A stretch of DNA of 31,414 bases from Bacteroidota bacterium (GTDB lineage: Bacteria > Bacteroidota > Bacteroidia > J057), in NCBI GenBank assembly GCA_963169475.1, contig CAUJFT010000442.1:1-31414 (forward strand), given 5' to 3'. This document shows positions 8,647 through 17,579 of this stretch, one piece after another; position 1 is the first letter of the stretch, and each line of letters opens with the position of its first letter. The notes below the pieces were generated by a model, which had not been told where the DNA came from, searched no databases, and was given only the letters and a program-made list of their open reading frames with translations. Both the position numbers and the translations under genes were made by a program.

Positions 8647-9504
8647 ATGGAAAATATAGGAACTGAAAAACGCGAACAAATGCTTCAAAGTGTAAGGGAG
8701 ATTATCCTCTCTCCCATGGAGAAAGATTTGAAAAATGTAAAATCAGAAATTCATTATCTAAAACAAGAACTCACGGAAGAACCTCACTTCTATGGTCGCC
8801 TTAATCCATATTTTGAAGAAAAAGTAAAATACCTCCAAGCCGAGTTTCCTACACTTTTTGGACCATTTCTTAGCACCGCCGTTAGAGTACAACTCCAAAG
8901 CTCTAAGGAGGACTTCGTAGATGCGATGTATCCCATTTTAGGGTTGCTTGTCCGGAAATATATCAACAACGAAATCCAAGTATTAGAAAAAAAGATAGAC
9001 GATTGGTTTGAAAATATTACGAGCTTTAATTATTGGAAAGAGGTACTTAGCGGTATGATATTCGGGAAGAGGGAAACAATTACGCCTCCTTCTATTATTC
9101 CTGACCCGGAGTTACAAGAAATATTTGTGATGAAAAACGACGGCTCTGGCATACTTCTCGGGCAATTGTCCTTCAATAATCTTATGGACACAGATATGGT
9201 AGCCGCAATGTTTGAAGCAATCATGGGATTTATGGAGCAGGCTTTCCGTAACCCTAATCAGCAATTACAAGAGATTGCTTTTGACCAATACAAAATCCTC
9301 ATTTATTCCGCTCTTCATTTTCAAATCGTATTTGTACTAAGCGGAATCCCTAACCATAGATATAAAAACCAACTGAATGATAACCTCATAGAGTTTATCT
9401 CTCTTGTAACTATCAATGCCAACACAGAAGCTGACGAAACTGTAAAGAGTGAGGTCGAAATGCTGCTTAAAAACATATTTGTCAGAGATAAAATCTTAAA
9501 ATAG
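8647..9504 (+). CDS. Conserved hypothetical cytoplasmic protein: helical N-terminus plus possible longin/roadblock-like C-terminal domain
   Basis: LFGPFL...V..MYPILG and SGILL...DMVAAMFEAI..F.EQAF...Y.ILI patterns resemble the non-OmpA part of proteins annotated 'cell envelope biogenesis protein OmpA'. No OmpA domain or signal peptide is visible. Confidence 0.6.
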   Translation: MENIGTEKREQMLQSVREIILSPMEKDLKNVKSEIHYLKQELTEEPHFYGRLNPYFEEKVKYLQAEFPTLFGPFLSTAVRVQLQSSKEDFVDAMYPILGLLVRKYINNEIQVLEKKIDDWFENITSFNYWKEVLSGMIFGKRETITPPSIIPDPELQEIFVMKNDGSGILLGQLSFNNLMDTDMVAAMFEAIMGFMEQAFRNPNQQLQEIAFDQYKILIYSALHFQIVFVLSGIPNHRYKNQLNDNLIEFISLVTINANTEADETVKSEVEMLLKNIFVRDKILK

Positions 9505-9768
9505 AAAGGGTGTTTTACCCACATTCAGTAAGCAAAATAATATTTTATGCCTTAAAAGCACTAAGGCTATTTATTACACCTGCTAAATATACGACCTTCT
9601 AAAAACATTGATTATACATTTTGTCTCATAACAAGCATTTTTCCTTTAGGAAAGATTAGGTATCTGTTTCGTATTTTTTAAAAAAAGTAAAAAAAATTTG
9701 GTTTTTGTTTATCTCTGTCGTAAAATTGTTGAAAATTATTAAAACCAATTCTAAATGTTTGATTGTCT

Positions 9769-11535
9769 ATGGAAGTAACAAGATTATTCGACATCCTCCC
9801 CTACCAACGGGAAAAATACCCCAAAGAAGTTTGCCTTGCGGGGAAAATTAATGATAAATGGAAAACTTACTCCACAGATGAGACCATTGATATGGCGAAT
9901 AAGGTAAGTAGGGGGCTTATCGGGATAGGAGTAAAACCCGAAGATAAAGTAGCCATTATTTCGACAAGCAGACCTGAATGGCACTTTACGGATATTGCTA
10001 TCCTGCAAACAGGGGCGATTAGTGTACCTATGTACCCTACTATCAGCGCGCATGAGTTTGAGTATATATTCAATCATGCAGAAATCAAGGTGGCTTTTAT
10101 CGGAGACCAAAAGATATATGACAAAATTGTCCAGATAAAAGACAAGGTTCCTACACTTCAGACGATTTATACCTTTGATGAAATCAAGGGGTCTCTTCAT
10201 TTTACGGATTTGATTAAGGCGGGGAATGATATAAGTCAGCAAGAGGTGGAAAGCCGAAAAGCGGAAATCTATCCTAATGATTTGGCTACGATTATTTACA
10301 CTTCCGGTACAACGGGAAACCCCAAAGGCGTAATGCTTTCGCATAATAATATTCTTTCAAACCTTCATGCTACGGTTGCTGTCTTGCCATTGGAATCTAG
10401 CTATAAAGCACTTAGCTTCCTACCACTCTGCCATATTTTTGAGCGAATGGTGCTATTTACCTATACTTATGCTGGCTTATCTATTTATTTTTGTGATAAT
10501 CTTGAAAAAATAGGGGAGTATTTAAGCGACGTAAAGCCACACTTTTTCTCTTCTGTTCCGCGCTTGTTAGAAAAGCTCTATGAGAAGGTTATCGCTACGG
10601 GAAATCAGGCTACAGGACTCAAGAAAAAGATTTTCTTCTGGGCAATTGGTTTAGCTTTGAATTATGAAATTGATAAAAATCAAGGAGCTTGGTATAATAT
10701 GCAGCTTAACCTTGCAAGAAAATTAGTGTTTAAAAAAATCACAGATAAATTAGGAGGCAACCTCATCGGAATCGTTACAGGAGCGGCTGCTTTACCTGCT
10801 AAACTTTGTAAGGTATTTAACGCTATGGGGGTAAAGGTACGGGAAGGTTTTGGACAAACAGAATCCTCCCCCGTGATTTCGTTTAATCGCTTCGAGCCCG
10901 GAGGTACGATGGAGGGAACGGTCGGATTGCCCATCTCTAATGTAGAGGTAAAAATTGCTGAAAATGGAGAAATTCTTGCCAAAGGTCCCAATATCATGTT
11001 GGGATATTACAAAAATCCGGAAGCAACAGCAGAAACAGTTGATGCTGATGGCTGGCTTCATACCGGAGATGTGGGCATGATGGTAGAGGGTAAGTTTTTG
11101 AAAATCACAGACCGCATCAAAGAACTTTTTAAAACCTCCGGAGGAAAGTATATCGCTCCGCAGCCGATTGAGACCAAAATGAGAGAATCCTTCTTTATAG
11201 AGCAAATGATGGTCATAGGCGAAAATCAAAAATATCCCGCCGCACTGATTGTCCCTGCATTTCCGTACTTAAAAGTTTGGTGTCAGGAAAATAATGTCCC
11301 GTGGTACGAAAATGATATGAAAAAAACATTGTCTCAAGAGGCAATTATCCGCCGCTATCGCGAAGAAGTCGATGAATATAATAAAGAGTTTGGAAGTTGG
11401 GAACAAATCAAAAAAATTGAGCTTATGTCCGATGAATGGACGGTGGATACAGGGGAACTTACTCCTACCATGAAATTGAAGCGGAGAATTATCAATGAAA
11501 AATATAAAGGAGTGATTGAAAAAATCTACGGGTAG
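9769..11535 (+). CDS. Long-chain fatty acid-CoA ligase (AMP-dependent synthetase, FadD15-like)
   Basis: IIYTSGTTGNPKGVMLSH, EGFGQTE, WLHTGD, ITDRIKELFKTSGGKYIAP and TPTMKLKR. ATG 9769 is preferred over TTG 9763. Confidence 0.93.
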   Translation: MEVTRLFDILPYQREKYPKEVCLAGKINDKWKTYSTDETIDMANKVSRGLIGIGVKPEDKVAIISTSRPEWHFTDIAILQTGAISVPMYPTISAHEFEYIFNHAEIKVAFIGDQKIYDKIVQIKDKVPTLQTIYTFDEIKGSLHFTDLIKAGNDISQQEVESRKAEIYPNDLATIIYTSGTTGNPKGVMLSHNNILSNLHATVAVLPLESSYKALSFLPLCHIFERMVLFTYTYAGLSIYFCDNLEKIGEYLSDVKPHFFSSVPRLLEKLYEKVIATGNQATGLKKKIFFWAIGLALNYEIDKNQGAWYNMQLNLARKLVFKKITDKLGGNLIGIVTGAAALPAKLCKVFNAMGVKVREGFGQTESSPVISFNRFEPGGTMEGTVGLPISNVEVKIAENGEILAKGPNIMLGYYKNPEATAETVDADGWLHTGDVGMMVEGKFLKITDRIKELFKTSGGKYIAPQPIETKMRESFFIEQMMVIGENQKYPAALIVPAFPYLKVWCQENNVPWYENDMKKTLSQEAIIRRYREEVDEYNKEFGSWEQIKKIELMSDEWTVDTGELTPTMKLKRRIINEKYKGVIEKIYG

Positions 11536-11550
11536 TCAATGCGTCTTTCT

Positions 11551-11596
11551 GTTACCCAAAAAAAACCTCCTATACGGGAGGTTTTTTTTGGGTAAC
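11551..11596. terminator. Bidirectional Rho-independent terminator between the convergent acyl-CoA ligase and rsbW-like genes
   Basis: Perfect 20-bp inverted repeat GTTACCCAAAAAAAACCTCC / GGAGGTTTTTTTTGGGTAAC with a 6-nt loop and A8/T8 tracts on both sides. Confidence 0.9.
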
Positions 11597-11605
11597 TCGT
11601 AAAAA

Positions 11606-12013
11606 TTACAGGTTTTTGATAAACTTAAAAGTATAATAATCTTGTTTTTGGTCCACCTGAATAAAATCCATAATAGAACGAATCAATAAAACTCCCATTC
11701 CTCCTTTGGCGTGGTTTTGGATTCGTTCTTCATTCGTTTGAGGTTCGTAGCTATCTATGGGGAAGGCTTGTCCTACGTCTTTGAGTTCCACAAACAGTTG
11801 TTCCTCGTTTCTATAGAGGGTAAGTTCGATGTGAGAGCAACCGTCACATTGGTGTTGATGAATGATGGCATTGGCACAGGCCTCGTCCACAGCAAGCACT
11901 ACTTGCTCCATAATGCGATGATTTACCTCCATATTTCTAAGGTTATTCCTTACAAAGTCCCTTATTTGAGAAAGGTTGGAGATACTGCAATATACTTTAA
12001 GGCGCGATTTCAT
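11606..12013 (-). CDS. RsbW/SpoIIAB-like anti-sigma factor Ser kinase (HATPase_c_2)
   Basis: LAVDEACANAIIH (N box), ELKDVG (G1) and KGGMGVLLIRSIMD (G2). It overlaps the upstream STAS gene by 4 nt (ATGA). Confidence 0.9.
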   Translation of the reverse strand: MKSRLKVYCSISNLSQIRDFVRNNLRNMEVNHRIMEQVVLAVDEACANAIIHQHQCDGCSHIELTLYRNEEQLFVELKDVGQAFPIDSYEPQTNEERIQNHAKGGMGVLLIRSIMDFIQVDQKQDYYTFKFIKNL

Positions 12014-12351
12014 GGGATATTAAATATTTTTTGTGCCTCTTGGTCGTGATTTATGATAGTAACCAATTTATCTAGTCCTAATAACTCAAACACATCTTTT
12101 ACGTTATCTTTCATTTGCCCGAAAATCAACTTTCCGTTTTTTTGTTGGATATCATCAAGGTAAGAGATAAATACTCCAAGCCCGGCACTAGAAATATAGG
12201 TTAGTTTACTACAATCTATGTAATAATTTAACACTCCTTCTGAAAGCAAAGTGCTTATTTTTTCGTCCATATCTAAGGAGGAATGTGCATCTAACTCGCC
12301 TTCTGGAGCCAGCAAAACATAGCCCTTTTCTCTCTTTTCGTAAATATTCAT
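12010..12351 (-). CDS. RsbV/SpoIIAA-like STAS anti-anti-sigma factor
   Basis: GELDA, DCSKLTYISSAGLGVF (phospho-Ser motif) and VFELLGL. Confidence 0.92.
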   Translation of the reverse strand: MNIYEKREKGYVLLAPEGELDAHSSLDMDEKISTLLSEGVLNYYIDCSKLTYISSAGLGVFISYLDDIQQKNGKLIFGQMKDNVKDVFELLGLDKLVTIINHDQEAQKIFNIP

Positions 12352-12432
12352 CCGCTGGGATTATTTTCTATTCAGGTTTATTGTAACAAATACGTAAACA
12401 GCCCGATAAGGTTTAATTTTCAGGTGTTTTTC

Positions 12433-14553
12433 TCAGAACTTAACGATACAAACCGTCATATCATCTTCGTTCGTTTCACTCCGATTAAACGCCATTACCT
12501 CACGCCTTATCGTTTCCGCAATCGTCCTAGCAGAAAACTCTTTTTGGATATCCACAATTCCACAAACTCTCTCTATTCCAAATTCCTCTCCTGCTTGGTT
12601 TTTCGCTTCTAGGATTCCGTCCGTAAGGAGAATCAGAATGTCTCCTTGTTGGTAGTATATCTCTTCTGTATTATTTACAAAAGCTTTATATTGATTATTT
12701 TTGATAATTCCAAGACCGGGACACCCGTTTTTATATGTGGTTACTTTGTCCGTTTTAGAATTGTAGAATATCGTAGGACAATGCCCCGCCCTCAAAAAAG
12801 AAACCTCTTTCTCTGCGAGGTTAATTTCTACATAGGTCATCGTAACAAAAACACCGCGTTGGAGGCTGCGACATAGGGCTTCATTGGCATGAATCATAAA
12901 TTCAGACAAGGAGAGTTGCTGAGGAGAGAGGCTTTGAAATATCCCCTTCGTAACTGCCATATAGAAGGCTGCGGTAGTTCCGTGTCCAGACACATCTCCA
13001 ATGACTACTTTAAAAAGATTTTTATCGGGAGTAGAAAAGTCATAAAAATCGCCTCCTATTTCCTCCGCATAATCATAGATTACGGCTATATCTAATCCGG
13101 CGGGCTGCGGAATTTGCTCCGGTAAGAGCGAATATTGTAACTCTTTGGCAATTTTTAGCTGTTCCTGATAGCGTTCTAGTGCGATAGAGTTTTTTACTAA
13201 TCGGATATGCTCCAAAGCGGCTCCGGTTTGCTCCGCAAGGCTGTTTACTGTCTGAATCGTAAATTCTTCAAACCCATTACTATATTTCTTTATAAGGATA
13301 AGCGAGCCATAGAGAATATTATTGTAAAAAATAGGCACGCCTAAAAGAGACTTGTAAGGAGAGTCGGTATTCTTAGAAGGATTATAGAGCCGCTTTATAT
13401 AATAGGGCGATTTTTCAAGTAGTACTTGATGGGTAAATAGATGATTGGGAGAGATTTTTTCAATTTCGTAATCCTCTACCTCTGATTTACATATTACCTC
13501 TATCTGTGAATTTGCTGTATTAACTACCGAAATCCAGCCGGCATCTGCGTCAGAGAGCAGGATTCCCCCATTTAGTAAGGTAGAATAAATATCGGGAGAA
13601 TCTAAATTCGTAAGAATTGCTTGATTAATCTTGGTAAAAACTGTATTTTTAACCTCAAAAACCGAAGAAGCCGGAAGGTTAAAAAAAAGAACGAGCATTG
13701 AAAACCCTATGTAAGACAAACCAAGAATAAGAATAATGATAAGAATATTGAGGTATTCATGGTTGCGGTTGTAAAAATTAAATAAACTACCCATAGTAGT
13801 TAAGGCTACTCCATAGAACACGAATAGAATAAAAATAAGTAATAATAGTCCTAATGCTTTAAGCTTTTGCCCTGATGTAAGCTGATAAACCCAGCCTACA
13901 TCGGTTGCTTGATTAGAAATACGGAGTCCGGAAGATAAAAAAAAGATGATAAAATAAATAGAAAAAATTAGAAAAAACGAAATAGAGGTGAAGCCTGGTC
14001 CTCCTCTTGGGACATATTGCTGAATATTTAGAGGATTGATAGTAAGTATTAAGCCAATCACTATACTAAACTGGATAATATTCCAGATTATTACTTTTTT
14101 CGAGTTTTTTTGGTATAAAATAAAACGTCTAAACACTACGATAGACCAAGCAAAAAAGATAGTAATAGTGTACCAACAAAGGGAATAGGCTACAGTGCCT
14201 AAGAAATAAATATTTGTATGAAGAGAAAGGTATTGAGTAATAAAAAATACCATTAGCATCCATACTACTCCTATAAATCCAATGTTGAAGTGCTGCCAGA
14301 AAATGGTTACGACATCAAATTTTTCTTTTCTTTCAAAAATCAAAACAACAAATAGTCCATTAAATAAATAAAATCCGAGCTGAAGAAGTCTATACCACCC
14401 ACTGAACTCTTGTACTTCATACTCTGAAAAAACCGCTTGCTGACTATGGTTAAAAATATGGGTAATTGTGATTAATATCCAACAAACCGCCCCCGCAGGA
14501 AATGCAGCAATCCGCATTATCTGTTCAAATACTGTGTATATTCGGGAGACCAT
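12433..14553 (-). CDS. RsbU-like PP2C/SpoIIE phosphatase with multi-TM N-terminus and GAF domain
   Basis: About 8-9 hydrophobic helices, a GAF-like segment (SLLGVPI...GSLIL), coiled coil EQLKIAKELQYSLLP, and PP2C motifs GGDFYD, GDVSGHG, RAGH, TDGILEA and DDMT. The start is set at ATG 14553 (MVSRIY) because the 14643 start overlaps the upstream gene. Confidence 0.9.
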   Translation of the reverse strand: MVSRIYTVFEQIMRIAAFPAGAVCWILITITHIFNHSQQAVFSEYEVQEFSGWYRLLQLGFYLFNGLFVVLIFERKEKFDVVTIFWQHFNIGFIGVVWMLMVFFITQYLSLHTNIYFLGTVAYSLCWYTITIFFAWSIVVFRRFILYQKNSKKVIIWNIIQFSIVIGLILTINPLNIQQYVPRGGPGFTSISFFLIFSIYFIIFFLSSGLRISNQATDVGWVYQLTSGQKLKALGLLLLIFILFVFYGVALTTMGSLFNFYNRNHEYLNILIIILILGLSYIGFSMLVLFFNLPASSVFEVKNTVFTKINQAILTNLDSPDIYSTLLNGGILLSDADAGWISVVNTANSQIEVICKSEVEDYEIEKISPNHLFTHQVLLEKSPYYIKRLYNPSKNTDSPYKSLLGVPIFYNNILYGSLILIKKYSNGFEEFTIQTVNSLAEQTGAALEHIRLVKNSIALERYQEQLKIAKELQYSLLPEQIPQPAGLDIAVIYDYAEEIGGDFYDFSTPDKNLFKVVIGDVSGHGTTAAFYMAVTKGIFQSLSPQQLSLSEFMIHANEALCRSLQRGVFVTMTYVEINLAEKEVSFLRAGHCPTIFYNSKTDKVTTYKNGCPGLGIIKNNQYKAFVNNTEEIYYQQGDILILLTDGILEAKNQAGEEFGIERVCGIVDIQKEFSARTIAETIRREVMAFNRSETNEDDMTVCIVKF

Positions 14554-14569
14554 AATGAATGAGGCGGGT

Positions 14570-15922
14570 TTAGTTTTCGGGCATGTAAATATCCATTGCC
14601 CAATCGAAGCGCGAAGCAGCAGAAACAGCCCAAGGCGCTCCATTATTTTCGATATTCGTAAACATTCTTGCCCATGATTCGGGTATCTTAGATTCTTCCA
14701 TCACCAAAAAACGACGAAGGTCAAGAATAACAGAGAGGTGGTCTATGGTAACGGGACAAGATTCTACGCAAGCATTACAAGTGGTACAAGCCCATAGTTC
14801 CTCATTAGAAATATAATAATCACTAAGTAGGCGGTGAGTAGCGGCTTCCGAATTGCCTCCATTTGGAGCGACGTATAGCCCGTTATTGTCTGGAGTGAGG
14901 CGATTTATCTGGATTTCCTCCATTCTGTCCCGTACATCCATAATGATTTTGCGGGGAGAAAGTTTTTTTCCTGTTATATTTGCAGGGCAATTATCAGTGC
15001 ATCTCCCGCATTCGGTACAAGTATAGGCATCCATCAGATTTTTCCAGGAAAGGTCATTGGTATCTGCTGCGCCAAAGCGTTTAGGTGCGTTTTCTATCAA
15101 TGGAACTTCGTAGGAAGGGTCAAAAGCGGCTTTTACTTCATGAAATACTTGCTCCATGTTGTCAAATTTTCCGGCGGGAGTAAGTTTTGAGAAGAACACA
15201 TTCGGGAAAGCCATCATAATATGAAAATGCTTGGAGGCGGGGATATAGTTCAAGAAGGCATAAATCCCGATGATATGCGCCCACCAACCGAAGTTTTTCA
15301 AAAACTCAAGAATGATGAGATTATTACCAAGCACTCCCGAAAGAAGGGTAGTAAAAGGGAAACTACCCGGTAGTTCTTCTTCGCTTACTGTTGCCAATTT
15401 TACGTCAGCAGCATTGAATAAAAATAATGCGCACATCAATACAATTTCGGTTATCAGAATGATATTAGCATCTACATAGTTGGTGTGTTTCATCTCAATA
15501 CCCGAAAACCGCTTAATCTTCATTACGTTTCTTCTCCATAGCAATACAACACAAGCAATCACTACAATTACCCCTAATATTTCATTGACACCCATGAGTA
15601 AACTATACACGGGACCCAAAAAACTCAACACGCGATGCGTACCGAATAAGCCGTCAATTAGAATTTCCAGCAGTTCAATATTTATCACTAAAAACCCTAC
15701 ATATACAAAAAGGTGTAATATCGCGGGGATTGGCTTTTTAAACATTTTTTGCTGCCCGAAAGCAACAAGCATCATTTTTTGAAATCTCTCCGAAAAATTA
15801 TTGCGCCGAATTTCGGGTCTTCCTGAATGAATATTTGCCATTACCTTCCGGAGCTGCCCAAAAAAATTCCAAAAGGCGAACGCCGTAATGGCTGCAAATA
15901 AAATATTGTCTATCAGATGCAT
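14570..15922 (-). CDS. Membrane (Fe-S)-binding oxidoreductase, N-terminal half of the FadF/EtfD-like family (TM domain plus 2x[4Fe-4S])
   Basis: About 5 TM helices with conserved His (ILHLFVYVGF, WWAH, SKHFH), CTECGRCTDNCP and CTTCNACVESCP. It ends at NNGAPW with no CCG domains. Confidence 0.88.
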   Translation of the reverse strand: MHLIDNILFAAITAFAFWNFFGQLRKVMANIHSGRPEIRRNNFSERFQKMMLVAFGQQKMFKKPIPAILHLFVYVGFLVINIELLEILIDGLFGTHRVLSFLGPVYSLLMGVNEILGVIVVIACVVLLWRRNVMKIKRFSGIEMKHTNYVDANIILITEIVLMCALFLFNAADVKLATVSEEELPGSFPFTTLLSGVLGNNLIILEFLKNFGWWAHIIGIYAFLNYIPASKHFHIMMAFPNVFFSKLTPAGKFDNMEQVFHEVKAAFDPSYEVPLIENAPKRFGAADTNDLSWKNLMDAYTCTECGRCTDNCPANITGKKLSPRKIIMDVRDRMEEIQINRLTPDNNGLYVAPNGGNSEAATHRLLSDYYISNEELWACTTCNACVESCPVTIDHLSVILDLRRFLVMEESKIPESWARMFTNIENNGAPWAVSAASRFDWAMDIYMPEN

Positions 15923-16018
15923 ATAGCGTTATGAATTATTCTTTATCGTAATGAAAGCGAAAACGGATACAAGCATAGTAAGTTTTTTAATGATTTCCAA
16001 AAAAAATAGATTTCTACG

Positions 16019-17344
16019 CTATATAGTATCTCCACCATGCTTAGATTTTGGGATTACCCTCAGTTGAATAATTTTGGTAGGAGTTGCTTTTAGAACCTTG
16101 AAAGTATAGAAATTATCAATATCATAAAGCATTGTCCCTTCCGGAGGGATATCCTCTGTTTCGTGAAGTATATATCCGCCAAGAGTAGTATAGTGTTCTG
16201 ATTCGGGAAAAGAGAGATTATGTTCTTCTATCAAGTCATAAATATTTAGCCTCGCTCCTACCACTAAACTTCCATCTTCATTTTTTTTAAAAACCATATC
16301 TTCTTCCTCTGGGGTATTTTCGACTTCATCGTGTTCATCTTTTATTTCACCAAAGACTTGTTCCATTACATCTTCTACCGTAATCATTCCAGCGGTCCCT
16401 CCAAATTCATCTACTACGACGGCAACACTTTTCTTTTTATCCCCAAATTCTTTTAACAATACATTGGCAGACATTACCTCCGGAACTATTAACACCTGCT
16501 GCAAAAGCGGCAAAAAGCTATCCGGACTACGAAAAAGGTGAGTAGAATGTACATATCCTATTATTTGGTCTAAATTTTCTTCATATACCAAGATTCGGGA
16601 GTGTTTGGTTTCAATAAACTGTTTTTTTAGCTCTGACATCTCCGCCTCTTTGGATAGTGCTACAATCTCTGTACGGGGTATCATCATTTCCCTTACCCTT
16701 GTTTCATGCAGGGTAATAGCATTGGTCAGCGTTTCGGTATCAAGCTCTTCCATTGCTATCGGTTCACTGCTATCTATGATTTCTTGAATATAATTTTCAA
16801 GGTCTGCTTTGTTGATTCCTACGGTTTGATTATCGAAGGGAATCCCCATGATTTTTAGCAAAAGGCGGGTAGTTGTATTGGCAAGAATGACAAGTGGGTA
16901 AAATAAAATAAAGAAAAACTGAAGAACATAAGCTGAAGGGTAAATAATAGAGTCTGCAAGCCGGCGAAAAATTGCTTTGGGAATATATTCTGCTACAACG
17001 AGCAAAATGAGGGTATCAATAATTGATTTAATCAGGGAAAAAAATAAATAATTTTCTGTAGGTTCTACGCCTAGTGCCTTCTGGTAAAAAAAAGAAAAGA
17101 AAAAATCAATCTGAAGTGTATAGAGTATCAGGGCAAGATTATTCCCTATAAGTATGGTAATGAGTACTTTGGAGATATTTTTTTTAAAGAAAGATAAAAA
17201 TCGGGCTGCCGGACTACCCTGACGGGTACGTAGCTCAATTTTTACCAAACTCGAGGCGAGAAACGCTATTTCTACTCCGGCAAAGAAGGCGATAAGTGCC
17301 ATTGCGAAGAGAACAATAAGCGTATGTAGAACAAAGGGGTGCAT
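16019..17344 (-). CDS. Hemolysin-family/CNNM (DUF21-CBS-CBS-CorC) membrane protein
   Basis: FFAGVEIAF, ILIGNN, EYIPK, VREMMIPRTEIV, HSRILVYEENLDQIIG, VVDEFGGTAGMITVEDVME and YTTLGGYI. Confidence 0.92.
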   Translation of the reverse strand: MHPFVLHTLIVLFAMALIAFFAGVEIAFLASSLVKIELRTRQGSPAARFLSFFKKNISKVLITILIGNNLALILYTLQIDFFFSFFYQKALGVEPTENYLFFSLIKSIIDTLILLVVAEYIPKAIFRRLADSIIYPSAYVLQFFFILFYPLVILANTTTRLLLKIMGIPFDNQTVGINKADLENYIQEIIDSSEPIAMEELDTETLTNAITLHETRVREMMIPRTEIVALSKEAEMSELKKQFIETKHSRILVYEENLDQIIGYVHSTHLFRSPDSFLPLLQQVLIVPEVMSANVLLKEFGDKKKSVAVVVDEFGGTAGMITVEDVMEQVFGEIKDEHDEVENTPEEEDMVFKKNEDGSLVVGARLNIYDLIEEHNLSFPESEHYTTLGGYILHETEDIPPEGTMLYDIDNFYTFKVLKATPTKIIQLRVIPKSKHGGDTI

Positions 17345-17375
17345 TCTTTTTTTTCTGAAAAGCTACTTTCAGCCA

Positions 17376-17383
17376 CAAAGGTA
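17376..17383 (-). promoter_or_regulatory. Sigma70 -7 element for the CNNM gene
   Basis: TACCTTTG on the minus strand, 31 nt upstream of the ATG. Confidence 0.65.
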
Positions 17384-17470
17384 TAGTTTATTTCCGAAAA
17401 ATGCAATTTTAGCTTTGTGAGTTCTTCGCTGGTATCGAATGTCCCTCCTTTTCTAAAAGCCTATGGAGAA

Positions 17471-17485
17471 TAAGTCCTATGAGAG
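17471..17485 (+). repeat. Intergenic 15-mer TAAGTCCTATGAGAG, copy 2
   Basis: Identical to the reverse complement of 5919..5933. Confidence 0.5.
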
Positions 17486-17579
17486 CAGTATTTTGTGTAA
17501 AAATAAGAATCAAGTCTGTTTATGATTTTACTTTATGGCTAAAAATCCGTATTATTGCAGCGTGAACCATTAGAAATAC

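Noticed and set aside
9784-11229. Long antisense ORFs (186, 145 and 105 aa) within the acyl-CoA ligase, and similar shadow ORFs elsewhere
   Set aside because: They fully overlap well-supported genes and show no recognisable motifs, as expected for shadow frames.
14554-14643. Longer N-terminus of the RsbU-like ORF overlapping the Fe-S gene by 74 nt
   Set aside because: ATG 14553 gives a normal 16-nt gap, and the extension is just an alternative frame of the upstream gene's end.
15921-16024. 9-bp inverted repeat ATATAGCGT/ACGCTATAT flanking the CNNM/Fe-S intergenic gap
   Set aside because: It is short, overlaps both coding ends, and has no internal element or target duplication; likely chance.
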